NCBI GenBank assembly: GCA_012295275.1
Contig: CM022678.1
Span: forward strand, 1,612,001-1,676,000
Origin: Chrysomallon squamiferum
Lineage: Eukaryota; Animalia; Mollusca
Length of the DNA stretch: 64,000 nt
Direction: 5' to 3'
Both the position numbers and the translations under genes were made by a program. Positions 29,630 to 44,433 of the stretch are shown here, one piece after another. Within the stretch, counting starts at the first letter, position 1; every line of letters starts with the position of its first letter. The notes under the pieces were generated by a model that worked only from the letters and a program-made list of their open reading frames with translations, did not search any database and was not told the origin of the DNA.

Positions 29630-30575
29630 CAATGAGACCTATAAGACATTACTGTACATCACTGACTTTAGTCCATGTTCACTGACACCTATAAAACATT
29701 ACTGTACATCAACGACACCTATACAACATAACTGACACCAATAAGACATTACTGTACATCAATGACACCTATAAGACATTACTGTACATCAATGACACCT
29801 ATAAGACATTACTGTACATCACTGACACCTATAAGACATTACTGTATATCAGTGACACCTATACAACATTAATGACACCAATAAGACATTACTGTACATC
29901 AGTGACACCTATAAGACATTACTGTACATCACTGACACCTATAAGACATTACTGTATATCAGTGACACCTATACAACATTACTGACACCAATAAGACATT
30001 ACTGTACATCAATGACACCTATAAGACATTACTGTACATCAATGACACCTGTAAACATTACTGTACATCAATGACACCTATAAGACATTACTGGACATCA
30101 CTGATACCTATAAGACATTACTGGACATCACTGACACCTATAAAACATTACTGTACATCACTGACACCTATAAGACATTACTGTACATCACTGACACCTA
30201 TTAGACATTACTGTACATCAATGGCACCTGTAAGACATTACTGTACATCACTGACACCTATAAGACATTACTGGACATCACTGACACCTCTAAGACGTTA
30301 GTGGACATCACGGACACCTATAAGACATTACTGTACATCACTGACACCTATTAGACATTACTGTACATCACTGACACCTATTAGACATTACTGGACATCA
30401 CTGACACCTATAAGACATTACTGGACATCACTGACACCTATTAGACATTACTGGACATCACTGACACCTATAAGACATTACTGGACATCACTGACACCTA
30501 TTAGACATTACTGGACATCACTGACACCTCTAAGACATTAGTGGACATCATGGACACCTATAAGACATTACAGGA
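29630..30575. repeat. 30-bp minisatellite CTGACACCTATAAGACATTACTGTACATCA, ~30 copies
   Basis: Visible tandem units. Confidence 0.95.
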
Positions 30576-31192
30576 CAAGACAAACATTCATAACACTTCA
30601 TTCTGTACAAACATTCATTAAGTGATTATCGCAAACATCATCATTACGCAAGTGACTGTGACGAGGGACGAGGGATGATCAGTGATGCTGTACGTCACAT
30701 CACATTAAACTGCAGATGCTGCATTCCACACAACACATTTAGATAATGCACTTTCACGTCCCACAGGATTCATGTGAAGAATTAGCTGCACAACCCATTT
30801 ATTTATTTCTTTTTTCCTTTTCTAAACTCATTTATACACATTTTTAAACTCATTTATACACATTTTTAAACTCATTTATACACATTTTTAAACTCATTTA
30901 TATTTTTTTAAAACTCGTTTATTATATTTTTTTTTTAATTTTTCTAATGACATTTTTTTTTCTCATTTATATATTTTAAAGTCATTTATATCGTGCTCTG
31001 ATTTTTTAGTTTAATCCTTTTTTCTTTTGAGCAAGAAAAGAAATACAACTTTTTTTTTTTCTTTTCTTTCTTTTTTATCTGTTATACATCTGTGGTAAAT
31101 CTTTAGTGCTCTGATTTCTTTAGTTTTTACTTTTTTCTTTCTTTTTTTCAGCTTTCTCAACTTCTTTCCTTATGAATGTTTGTTCTGCTTTA

Positions 31193-31275
<83 letters not shown>

Positions 31276-32033
31276 CTGTGTTTGTGTCTCTGTCCATCCA
31301 TTTCTAGCTGTTTCCATCTCCATCTACTTTCTGATCTTTTCTCTCTCTCTCTCTCTCTGTCAATAAACTATTTTTCTCTGAAAAGCTTTAAATTCTTTGG
31401 ACTTTTCAGTTTAATTTTATCTTTTGAAAACTTTCTTACTGTCAGATAAAACCAACATTAAAAAAGAAAAGAAAAAAAATTTAATAAGTTCTGTAGAACT
31501 CTCATAATATGATCTTGTTAAATCTAAGACTTTTTCAATGGGGAACTAATTTTGTTAAAAACATGTCTGAACTCTTCAAAGAGATGAAATTGCCCTTTCA
31601 TTTTTTTCTTCATTCTAAATCATTAAAAAAAAAAAAAAAAAAAAAAAATTTAGTTTAATTTAATTTTTTATATACAATAGTTAGTTATCAGAGGTTCAGG
31701 TAAATTTTTTTTTTGTTTTTTTTTTTTGTACTTTCTTCACTGCAAAGATAAAGTACAAATTTTGTACTAAATAATCATTAAAAAATAAATAAATAAAATC
31801 AGTGAGTCAACGAATATGAATAAATAAATATAAAAACAATTCTGTATGGATTATCTGATTTCTCATAACTGCAACAATTACACACTAATCCAAATAAAAA
31901 TAATAAAATAAACTGATGAATCTAAAAACCCAAGACAAAAAACAAAAAAAAGAATAGAAGTTTGAATCAAAACTATCATATATAAATAATTTTAAAACTT
32001 TATATAGCTATCTATCTATGTTTGTGTGTGTGT

Positions 32034-32071
<38 letters not shown>

Positions 32072-33663
32072 TCTTTTAATAATAAAAAAAAAAAAATTAC
32101 AGCTTTCAGCAATGAAATGTCTGCATTATTTCCCTTGTCAGGATTTGAACCTAGACTGCTGTGTCAAAGAACATAAAAAAAAAAAAAAGTGATATATATA
32201 AAAAGATCACAACCGGGCAATAACTGTTTTACAGTAATAAAACATTATGAACAGAAGCCACCAGTCAATTTTACAACCAATCTTTTTATATTAGACAACC
32301 GCAACGCTGCTGCAGTCGACGTCGGTCAGTGTAGCTGCGTGGAGCTATCTCCAAATGCCATTACGTTAAATTAGATTGTTACCAGCCATGACGATAAACA
32401 CGAAGCCCCTCAGTCGAGGAAGACAAGAAATAAAAAAGAAAGAACAAGCGAGTAGGTAGCTGACAGCAGATGATGTAAAGTGGGCCTCTACGAGTTTCTT
32501 GTTAAAGTGTGCAGAGGCTGTCAGAAGAGATGTGAATTTAGTGTTGTTTTGACAGGGAGGGTGTGCGATACGGAATGTAATACACAGTCCAGACAACTTG
32601 ATATTAAAAAAACAGAAAAAAAAAAAAAAAGAAGTAAAAGAAAAATGATGAGAAAAGGAGATATATTTTAGCTGTTGTTTAAATTTCATTTTGAGAGAAA
32701 AAAAGATTAATTTTAGTTTTTGTTTGAAACAAATTCTGAATGCTTTAATTAAAATGGTATAGAAGACAAAACTACAGTACAGTTTTTAATTGCCATTTAG
32801 ACACAAAAATATTTCCATTATACACAGGTGTCCTTTATAATCAAGTTTCCTTTCTCATGGTTGTCAGTAAGAAAGTTTACTAATAAAATGAAACAGACTT
32901 TAATTAAAATTATCTAACAGATCTTGAATATTCTTAGAATATTTAATATTTCCTAGAAATGCAGTGAACTTCTTTAAAATGTGTGCTGAAAAGATGCAAT
33001 ATTTCCTAGAACTGCAACTACATTTATGTTACAAATAAATGCCTTTAAAATTTAATATCTGTCAAAACAGGAATAAATTTAGGAAAACCCAATTTAGTAC
33101 AATTTTGTACTTGTTAAAACTGGAGTTAAAACTTTTATTCAGAAAGATATTTGGAACATTTACATTTCTCGGAATGGCACTAAACACATTCTGAAAAATT
33201 TATTATTTCCTAGAACTGCATAAATATTACATTTAAAATATTTTCTTGAACATTTAATATTTCCAGGAATTTAATGATTCCTGGATTTTGAAGAAGAACT
33301 ATGATAAACAACATTTTTAAATAAATTTTAAGAACATTTATTACTTCTGAGAACTGATTTAACATTATTATGAAATCTGGTTACTTTCAATGAAAATCAT
33401 TCTTAAATCTGTTTTATAAGATCATTTGATGTTTTCTTAATATGCTGATTTGCTTAACATATTAAAAAATAGATATAATATTTATTAAAATTGAAATAAA
33501 TATAACATATTTACTTTTTATTAAAACAAATTTTTTTTTTTTTTTTTTTTTTTTTAAATCTCTTAAAATACAACTTCTTAAAGCAATCATTTTAAGATGA
33601 TTTACGGATGAAAACCATTTCAAACTTTTATAAACAACATAATTTACTTTAGCAGTCACTCAC

Positions 33664-33813
33664 CTCCAGAAACATGGGAATAGTTCTGTCAGGATCATCC
33701 TTATCCATCAGAAAATCCTTAAAATCCACCCTGTCAGATTTCATCAACGATTTCTGACAACGTTTAGAAAACCACGAACAAATTTCTCTTTTCACTCTGT
33801 GTTTCAGTTTCAT
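33664..33813 (-). CDS. Candidate alternative (first) coding exon of KIF13-like gene, 50 codons (MKLKHRVKREICSWFSKRCQKSLMKSDRVDFKDFLMDKDDPDRTIPMFLE)
   Basis: ATG with A at -3; open non-repetitive frame ending at a consensus GAG|GTGAGT donor in phase 0, compatible with the FHA exon acceptor; no transcript evidence. Confidence 0.45.
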
Positions 33814-34809
33814 GATTCGAACATTCGGATTATTAAATTTCAACAAAGCCTGTCAATCCGTGATCCATGAAGATTAATTACAATTTACACAGAGATAATT
33901 TAAAACTAATTACCTCAGCCAGTTTCTCACTGTCGCTATTATCTCGTATTGGAAGTCTGCTGTGTTCAGATATATTCTTTCTTTCTTAATCTGTATTTAT
34001 TTATTCATTCACTATCTGTTCAACTCTGGAGAATGCAATAACTAAAAACATCTACAATTCCAAATTTCACATTTCTCAGAGATTAATAATAATAATAATA
34101 ATAACAATAATAATAATTTCTTTATCTATTTTTGCCACATGTTCACATTCTGTGTAAAGTCATTTCCATTTCATACACATTTTCTGAATCCAAGAAACTA
34201 AATATAAGAATTAATATAATTTCCACTTCTCCTGCATTTCAAGTTCGGAAAAAACCAATTTCCTTGATCTGTGACAAGTTTGTGAAATACGATAATCTAA
34301 ATTACAACTAAATCAAAAATGTAATCACTACTTCTTAATCAAAAAATTCATACAGCAGAAAAATACTGATTTACTCTAATCCCAACAGACAAATCAGAGA
34401 ATTAATAATAAAGCCAAAGTTAATCCCAACCCAATAATCCTTCCAAATTAATTACTACCTGATAACAGGATTAACATAAATATTAACCCATTATGGATCC
34501 ATGACAATCCAGCAAGAATGAAAAGAAATTAAAAAAAACATCTTGTTTTGAATCCTAGGTATTATGGAATCCTAAGAAACATCTTGTTTAACAGTTTTTT
34601 CTTCTTTTTTAAAATTTCATTTCAAGGTTCTCCTCCAGTGTAGCTGTTCACACACGTATTAACCTGTGTTAGGAACACTGCAGTAGTCGCAGCGTTGTAC
34701 CAATCAATTATTCAGTAATTAATTTTACATCACGTCTCAAATCACTGAACTGAAAGCCAACACGAATTTCCACCCACTTAAAAACAAATCTTTACTTTCC
34801 ACGCACAAA

Positions 34810-35090
34810 ATCACCACGTAAAAATCTTTACATTAAAATGTGCACAAAAACTCCATGTAAAACTCTTTACATTAAAATGTGCACAAAAACACCACGTAAA
34901 AGTCTTTACATTAAAATGTACACAAAATCTCCACATAAAATTCTTTACATTAAAATATGCACAAAAACTCCACGTAAAACTCTTTACATTAAAATGTGCA
35001 CAAAAACTCCACGTAAAATTCTTTACATTAAAATGTGCACAAAATCTCACGTAAAAATTCTTCACATAAAGATCTACACAAAAATCTTCA
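34810..35090. repeat. 39-bp minisatellite CACGTAAAACTCTTTACATTAAAATGTGCACAAAAACTC, ~7 copies
   Basis: Visible tandem units. Confidence 0.9.
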
Positions 35091-37142
35091 CATAACAATA
35101 TCCACTTACTACGAACAGACCAGCATCAACAGAACAAAGAGAGAATTAAACAAAACGACTTAAAGCATTTTTCTGTTTTAACTATCAAACAAGACTGTCG
35201 GAGAGTTTTAGAAGTGAACAACAACAAAAAATCTATGAAAGGACTCAATGCAGTCTGAACCAGCAACAGAACAAACTGAACGGAACTGTCCTTTTAAAAA
35301 ACAGAGAAAGAGATTAGCCGATTTGCACGTTGAGTTCTGCCAGTCTCGCAGAATCCAATCACAGCAGAGCGAAGCGAAACCCAGAGATGATCACCAGTTT
35401 GTTTCTGTCCACTGCCTGACCATCCAATCACCAACACCCCCGGTCAATACAACACCGGTGACAGCTACAGCTACTGCTGTGACGTTATGGCTTCAACTAT
35501 GTACTGCAGTTTGTCACCAGTGTAACAATGCATGCTGTAGTTTGTCTCTACAACCTCTACTGCTGGGACATTACGACTACAAAAATGTATTGTAGTTTGT
35601 CACTGAAGTAACAATATACACTGTACTTTGTCTCAACAACAACTACTACTGGGACATTACGACTACAACTACGTACTGCAGTTTGTCATTACTGTGACAC
35701 TATATACTGTAGTTTTTCTCTACAAGTTCTACTACTGTGACTGCAGTTTGACTGTATTCACAGAAATAAAAGCAATGACACATTTTCTGAGACAACAGTT
35801 CAAGCCTACACTTGAAACAGGAACAATACAATAATGTTCTTTCATTAAGAGACATGAAATGCTGAACTGTACTGAATTCTGAATACCAAAACATTTTAAA
35901 TAATGATAAATGATATGTTTTTATTTCATTATTTTAACTCTTTATTTTATTTTATTTTATTTTTTGTTTTCACTGTTTAATTAATTAATTTGATTATTTA
36001 TTTATTTTGTTATTTGTTTATTTCATTATTTTCACTATTTATTTAATTTATTATTATTGGCTGAAAATTCTTTGATAAACTGACTGATATCATATTCTTT
36101 TTTTTTTTTTTTTTCCCTTTTTCAAAATTTTCATTTGAATATTTTATGTTCATTTTCATTTATACATTTATTCTCCTTATTAATTTATTGCTTTAATGTA
36201 TTTATTTACATTTTTCTTTAATTTAAATATTAAATTATTCTAATAATTTTACATATTTGTTTGATTCTGTTTATTTATTTTTGTAAATTATTTATTTATT
36301 CTCTTAAATTGTTTATTTATTCATTCATTCATTCATTCACATACAGTAAATAAAAACAGACAAAATAAATATAAAAAAAATATTATCTGTATTTTAGCAA
36401 ATTTAATCTTTACTGTTATTTAAAATAATTTTATTATTAAGTCATTTTACAGTTTTCTCTAAATTAACTTGTAGGCTCATTATAAACCAAATTTTATTAT
36501 TTTTGACCTTTAAAGACAACAACAAATATTCTGAACTACATTGCAATTTAAAATTTGCATTTTATTATTTTATTTAAATACTTTGTTTTGTTTCTCTGTC
36601 AGATATGATAAACATTTAAACAAAAAACTAAATAAAATAAAATAACAGCAACAAAAAACAAATCCAAAAGACGCCAAAAAAACCACACACACACAAAAAA
36701 AACTAACTAAAAAAACAACAAAAAAACAAAAAATTCATAATAATAAAAAATATGAAAATGAAAAAAGAAAAACTTTCAGTCACTCATTTCAAGGAGCAGA
36801 TTATTTTTATTCACTACAAAATATTTAAGCCATATCTTACACAGAAGAACAAAATCTTTCATTTTCATTTCTTTTACTCTTTTATTTATTTTATTTTTGT
36901 TGCTGTTGTCAAAAATGTGACATTTGTGCTGTGTTAAACAAAAATTCATTTTCAACATGTTTTAGATGACACTACTGAACATAAAAATAAACAAAGTAAA
37001 AATAAAAAATTATAAACTAAATCAAACAGGTTTCAGAATTGACATAAATAAATCTCTTTTGTAATACGTTTTAAAATTATTATAATTTTTTTAGGGGGAT
37101 GATATTTATTTGTTTTGTTTTTTGTGATTGATTCAATGATTG

Positions 37143-37195
<53 letters not shown>

Positions 37196-38987
37196 TCTTT
37201 TATTTATTGATTTATTTTTGTAGTACTTTTCTTGATAATACATATTTTTATTTTTTATTTATTATTATAGTTATTAATTTGTTTTTTTTATGAAACTCTT
37301 CAACATATTGCAACATAAAAAAAATTATATCTAAAAAAATAATAATAATTTTTTGTTCATCAGAAAATTTGATTTTCTGATTTTTAAACCTGTCATTTAA
37401 AAGTGCAGCATGAAATATGGAGCCGAAACTGAAATTAATGCTTTTGTTTTTCTTTTTCTAATTAAGATTTTTAAAAAGATATAAAATCATGATTTCTGTT
37501 TTTGCAGAAACTAAAGATCTTTTAAATTAAATTTTCTAAAATGATAAATAGGAAAAAGATATAAAACTAAATGGGGAGAAAAAAATAAAAATAATAAAAA
37601 AAAGCAAAATAATATAAATAATAATAATATGCTATCTCATTCTTTTTCAACTGAAACTTCTTTTTTTTATACTGAACATTTCTGAGGATGTTTTAATTTC
37701 TTGGTGAAATATTTAAAAATTTATGTGAAATATTGTGAAATTTTTGTAAATGCTTTTTAAAAATCATATTTCCAATGTTTCTTTTTTTTTTTTTAATACT
37801 TTAAAATCTTCAATAATTTTTGTTTCAAAAAATTAAGTCAAACAGTTTTAAACATTCAATAAAAATTTGTAAATTTTTACCAAATAATAAAATTTCCATG
37901 AATAATTCAAAATTTCAAAAAACATCAAAAAAATATTATAAAGCTTTGCATTTTATTTCAAAATTTCACTAAACATTTAAATGTTTACTAAAAATATTAA
38001 AATTCTGTACATATATACATTTAAAAATGTCTTAAATATTTAAAATTCCACAACATTTTTTAAAAACCACTAGCTATTTAAAATTTCTTAAATATTTTAA
38101 ATTCCACTAAAAGTTCTTAAACTCCACTAAAATTTTAAAATTTCTTTTAAGTCTTCAGTAAACATTACCGACCCCACATTTTCAAAAAACAGTTGAACAA
38201 AAACTTAACTTTACGTCACTTCTAACCCTCCAAAACAGACGCCAGAAAAACTTTCAACATCTTTCACTTTTAAAATCAATATTTCAAAGAGGGGAGCTAA
38301 ATGATGTGATAAAACCTCATCAGTTTGCGACAGACGAAGATAAACACAAACTTAATACTTCCATTTTCCCAGATTAGAGGGTAAAAAACTGAATGCGTTA
38401 AAACTAAGACTCGAACCATTCCACCGCATTCAGCGTCACTGCGTGTTGAAGTGATTAATCCCTGCTTTACATCCGCAGAAAGATCACTTTTATCTCTCCG
38501 AGGGTTAAAAGAGAGTCTTGCTGTCAGCGACACTTACTGGCTTGTTACTGCTGTCAGTGTCAGAGGAGGGAGATTTCAAAGTGAAAGTGAAAGTTTATTA
38601 ATTAACAGGTGGATCAGAATCATTTGTGGTTAAAAAAAAAAAAGAAGTGCAAAATGAATTAAAGATATAAAAAAAAAAATTATTTTTGAAGCGTGGAATA
38701 TGTCAAACCACAGGAGTATCAAATAGTGCTGATAGTAATTTGTTCTATGAAAATTATTAAATATTTTTTCAGCATGACAGACAGATATTTCAAGCATGAA
38801 CAAACACACACTTAAATACAAAAACAAACATATTTTTAATATTGTTAAAAGACATCAAACCTTTTTCTGTGATAAATCTATCAAAACACCCAAATCAACG
38901 CATAAAAAACTTTAAAACAGAAACCAAACATCAACTAGAAAGTGAATATCATCAACACACTGAAAATCAACTTCAGCATAGTAATTC

Positions 38988-39340
38988 AAACACACTAAAA
39001 ACACAATACAAACACACTAAAAACACAATACAAACACACTAAAAACACAATACAAACACACTAAAAACACAATACAAACACACTAAAAACACAATACAAA
39101 CATACTAAAAACACAAAACAAACACACTAAAAACACAATTCAAACACACTAAAAACACAATACAAACACACTAAAAACACAATACAAACACACTAAAAAC
39201 ACAATTCAAACACACTAAAAACACAATACAAACACACTAAAAACAAATACAAACACTAAAAACACTAAAACCAATTCAAACACAATTCAAACACAATACA
39301 AACACACTAAAAACAAAAAACACAATACAAACATACTAAA
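38988..39340. repeat. 22-bp minisatellite AAACACACTAAAAACACAATAC, ~15 copies
   Basis: Visible tandem units. Confidence 0.9.
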
Positions 39341-39754
39341 AAAAACATATACTCTAAAACCACATCAGTACACTACAAACTCAACATCAAAACATCAAAA
39401 GTTATCAACACACTACAAACATCAACCCAGTGAAAACTGGCTGAAATCAAACATCAACACAGAAAGAAGTTTGTCTTGACCACTGACTGACCATAGGTCA
39501 GCAGTTTTCTGAAAGATTTAATACAGGAGAGTGGACACCAGGCAGAATACAGGGATTGGCAATTTGACTGCTACAAAGATAACAGACGTTGTGGTAGCTG
39601 CCCTGCAGACATCTCTGTGTGTACAGAAACAAACACAGGCCCATGTAGTAGCAGCAGTAGTGGTAGTGGTAGTAGTTGCCTCGCGGTGACCACAAGATTC
39701 GATGTTTAATATTCCAAGCAGATCTCATAATGTAGCTGGTCTCACTCCGCGCTT

Positions 39755-39872
39755 GTTTTATTGATTTCTGTTATACTGTGATAATTCACACTTTCTGATT
39801 TGTGTGTTTGTGTTTTGTGTGTGTGTGTGTGTGTGTGTGTTGTGTGTTTCTGCTATAATTCACACTGTGTTT

Positions 39873-39915
<43 letters not shown>

Positions 39916-39971
39916 TGTTGATTTCTGTTTGATTTCTGTTATAATTCACACTGTCAGCCCCTTTCTGATTT

Positions 39972-40020
<49 letters not shown>

Positions 40021-40069
40021 GTTTTATTGATTTCTGTTATAATTCACACTGTCAGCCCCTTTCTGATTT

Positions 40070-40124
<55 letters not shown>

Positions 40125-40181
40125 GTTTTATTGATTTCTGTTATACTGTGATAATTCACACTGTCAGCCCCTTTCTGATTT

Positions 40182-40232
<51 letters not shown>

Positions 40233-40366
40233 GTTTTATTGATTTCTGTTATACTGTGATAATTCACACTGTCAGCCCCTTTCTGATTTGTGTTTTTGTG
40301 TGTGTGTGTGTGTGTTGTTTTATTGATTTCTGTTATACTGTGATAATTCACACTGTCAGTTTCTGA

Positions 40367-40402
<36 letters not shown>

Positions 40403-40455
40403 TTTTATTGATTTCTGTTATACTGTGATAATTCACACTGTCAGCCCCTTTCTGA

Positions 40456-40527
<72 letters not shown>

Positions 40528-40611
40528 TGTATGTTGTTTTATTGATTTCTGTTATACTGTGATAATTCACACTGTCAGCCCCTTTCTGATTTGTGTATTT
40601 GTGTGTGTGTG

Positions 40612-40661
<50 letters not shown>

Positions 40662-40718
40662 GTTTTATTGATTTCTGTTATACTGTGATAATTCACACTG
40701 TCAGCCCCTTTCTGATTT

Positions 40719-40773
<55 letters not shown>

Positions 40774-40835
40774 GTTTTATTGATTTCTGTTATACTGTGA
40801 TAATTAACACTGTCAGCCCCTTTCTGATTTGTGTA

Positions 40836-40885
<50 letters not shown>

Positions 40886-40997
40886 TGTGTGTGTGTTGTT
40901 TTATTGATTTCTGTTATACTGTGATAATTCACACTGTCAGCCCCTTTCTGATTTGTGTATTTGTGTGTGTGTGTTTGTGTTTGTTTGTGTGTGTCTA

Positions 40998-41028
<31 letters not shown>

Positions 41029-41207
41029 TTGTGTGTGTGTTTGTGTGTGTGCATGTGTTGTTTTATTGATTTCTGTTATACTGTGATAATTCAGTCAGCT
41101 CCTTTCTGATTTGTGTGTCTGTGTGTGTGTGTGTGTGTATGTGTGTGTGTGTGTGTTTGTTTGATTTCTGATAATTCACACTGTCAGCCCCTTTCTGATT
41201 TGTGTTT

Positions 41208-41210
<3 letters not shown>
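39755..41210. repeat. Compound array: ~60-bp constant unit alternating with variable-length (GT)n, ~14 copies
   Basis: TGTTTTATTGATTTCTGTTATACTGTGATAATTCACACTGTCAGCCCCTTTCTGATTTG recurs between GT tracts. Confidence 0.95.
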
Positions 41211-41255
<45 letters not shown>

Positions 41256-42086
41256 CTGTGTGTATCTGTGTATGTGTCTGTGTGTATGTGTGTGTGTGTG
41301 TGTCTGTGTGTGTGTGTACATACAGTTATAGATGTATGTCTGTATGATTATACATATCCAAACTGTATGAAGACACTAAACTAACAAAAAAAACAACAAA
41401 TAATCAAAGTATAGAGAATACTTACAAACAAGTTTCTTTTTCTCTAAGTGAAACTATGAGAAGCTGAACTGACACAAACATTAACACAATTATCTGTTTA
41501 TTGAGATAAAGTTTCGCCTTCGACATAGTATTATTCATCATACAGGCAATTACTGTCAGACACTGCAACACACAGACAGACATACACAAATATCTAACAA
41601 AGTATACATGACACTGATATAAAACAGCTTACTGCAGAACTGTGGTATCAGTTTACTATATACACACAGTGACAGCTTCGCACTGAAACGGTTTCTGAGG
41701 TAATTATTTTTGTCCAGTTCCAACACCTATCTCTAGGAATATTTTTAAATTATTATTTTTGAAATTTCAAAACAAATTTATATGTGGCAGATTTGTTGTT
41801 GTTGTTTTTGTTACAATTATTATTGTTATTACCATCTTTGTGATTATTGTTGTTGTTGTTATTGTTATTTTTATTATTTTCATGGTTACAATTTAGTTTC
41901 TTAATAAATCCAGTTCTTGTCTTACTTCTTCTTATTATTATTAGACAAGACTGTAAGGAATTAAGGAAGGGATGGAGACAATACAGTTTTGCTTACAGTC
42001 ACTTGAAAACTGACAACAGCTCATTAATTAACTTGAACAGAGTTCTGAAGCATCTTTTAATACTTTCAGCCTTTATGAGAAACTTC

Positions 42087-42087
<1 letters not shown>

Positions 42088-42151
<64 letters not shown>

Positions 42152-42197
42152 CACTTATATAATAATCAATGTATTATTGATCAGTATCTGATAGTGA

Positions 42198-42245
<48 letters not shown>

Positions 42246-42435
42246 CACTTATATAATAATCAATGTATTATTGATCAGTATCTGATAGTGACATTCCAGA
42301 GAGAGAGAAATCACTTATATAATAATCAATGTATTATTGATCAGTATCTGATAGTGACATAGAGAGAGAGAGAGAGATATGATCACTTATATAATAATCA
42401 ATGTATTATTGATCAGTATCTGATAGTGACATTCC
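42088..42435. repeat. Compound array: ~53-bp constant unit alternating with (GA)n, 4 copies
   Basis: ATCACTTATATAATAATCAATGTATTATTGATCAGTATCTGATAGTGACAT x4. Confidence 0.95.
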
Positions 42436-42882
42436 ATTAAAGTGAGTCTCTCAGTTCTATTTCTGTCAGTTCTCTCGCTGGGGTTAATGGACAGTTCTAC
42501 ATGTTCACACCCTGCAATCCAAACCATTAGCAGCAAACCTTTTCATTTTTTAACTTATCCTTTTCATTCACTTAAAGAAAAAAAAAATTTGTAACCTTCC
42601 TTTTTCACTTATTTTTTAACCTCTTTTTTCTATTATTTTAATTTTTCATTTTTTTAAGATCAATTTCGTCTGCCTCTTCGTTCTTAAAATAAAAATTTGT
42701 TATCTAAAAATGAAGTGAGTGAGTGCATCTTAAAAAAAAAAAAATATATTTTTTTTTCAAATTTAAAAAAAAGATGCAAAAAGGTAAAGCTTTTAGTTCG
42801 TTTCAGATCTGGTAAAATAATTTTATTTCCTAAATTTTATTTAACATTTCCTATATTAAAAACAGTATATAAATATGTATAA

Positions 42883-42950
<68 letters not shown>

Positions 42951-43235
42951 ATGTATGCATTATATCATGCAATTCCTAACATCAACCATCAACATTTCAA
43001 ATGAGCACTTTTGACCAGCCACATTTTCCTACATCTCACCCACACGTACAATGTTTAATATTGCTTTGGCCTTTCTAATATCCCTTCCTATTCATCAAGT
43101 CCTGTGTCCAGGCAACAGACTCCAATAAGCCGGCTGCAAACAGAACAGATTGGAAAACTGGCCATATTAATTACTTTCCCCCAACTCCAATGTCTTCCTC
43201 ATCATCTCTCACTTATTAAACACTGTGACTTTCTC

Positions 43236-43755
43236 AACAGCTTATCATATTTCACACAACAAAACTGACCAGTAACCAGTGTAACAGCTTATCATATTTC
43301 ACACAACAAAACTGACCAGTGACAAGTGTAACAGCTTACCATATTTCACACAACAACAAAACTGACCAGTAACTAGAAGTGTAACAGCTTATCATATTTC
43401 ACACAACAAAACTGACCAGTAACAAATGTAACAGCTTATCATATTTCACACAACAAAACTGACCAGTAACCAGTGTAACAGCTTATCATATTTCACACAA
43501 CAAAACTGACCAGTAACCAGTGTAACAGCTTATCCTATTTCACACAACAAAACTGACCAGTAACCAGTGTAACAGCTTATCATATCTCACACAACAAAAC
43601 TGACCAATAACTAGAAGTTTAACAGCTTATCATATTTCATACAACAAAACTGACCAGTAACTAGGTTAACAGCTTATCATATTTCATACAACAAAACTGA
43701 CCAGTAACTAGTGTAACAGCTTACCATATTTTACACAACAAACAAAACTGACCAA
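43236..43755. repeat. ~47-bp minisatellite AACAGCTTATCATATTTCACACAACAAAACTGACCAGTAACCAGTGT, ~11 copies
   Basis: Visible tandem units. Confidence 0.95.
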
Positions 43756-43894
43756 AACTGTGTTAACAAGATCTGTGGAAAATATGAACTGAATCACACT
43801 GCCTGAGTCAAGATTCATAAACCAAATACTTGGGGGAAAAGAGAGAGAGAGAAAAACTGAGTTAATAAATATTTAAGTGTCTTTAGACCTGTAG

Positions 43895-44022
43895 CATTCA
43901 TAGCATTCATAGTATTCACAGTATTCACAGTATTCATAGTATTCACAGTATTCACAGTATTCATAGTATTCACAGTATTCACAGTATTCACAGTATTCAT
44001 AGTATTCACAGTATTCATAGTA
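43895..44022. repeat. 9-bp repeat AGTATTCAY, ~14 copies
   Basis: Visible tandem units. Confidence 0.9.
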
Positions 44023-44433
44023 TTTTTTAGATGGTATAATTACAAAATATATAAATACAAGTTTGCTTAGTGTGTGTGTGTAAAACAACCTATCAACACA
44101 GACTATTTACTATTTTTGTTATTTTACAATATCTGACATGTTTAATACAACAACAATCAATTCTCCATAGTGCCCCCAGAAGCCTTCTTTAACCCTCCAC
44201 CATCATCTGACACTCAGAAATATCAAAAAACCCTCGCAGACTGAGTAAATCTGTAACACACCTGGCTCTGTCATCACGGATGTTTACAAAAAATATTTCT
44301 CTCTTTTCTTCACTGCATGTGCTATCTTTGAGGTCACAGATCTCAGCTTTCCATTGCTCTGAATGCTGTTTAACAAACAAGTGACAATACACAGACTTTT
44401 CTAAGTCACAAAAATTGAGGTGTGTCGACTTAC

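Noticed and set aside
32141-32151. B box GGTTCAAATCC on the minus strand, possible tRNA
   Set aside because: No A box or cloverleaf; at most a SINE relic
39755-41210. CRISPR-like repeat-spacer array
   Set aside because: Spacers are (GT)n microsatellites, there are no cas genes, and the context is a eukaryotic intron
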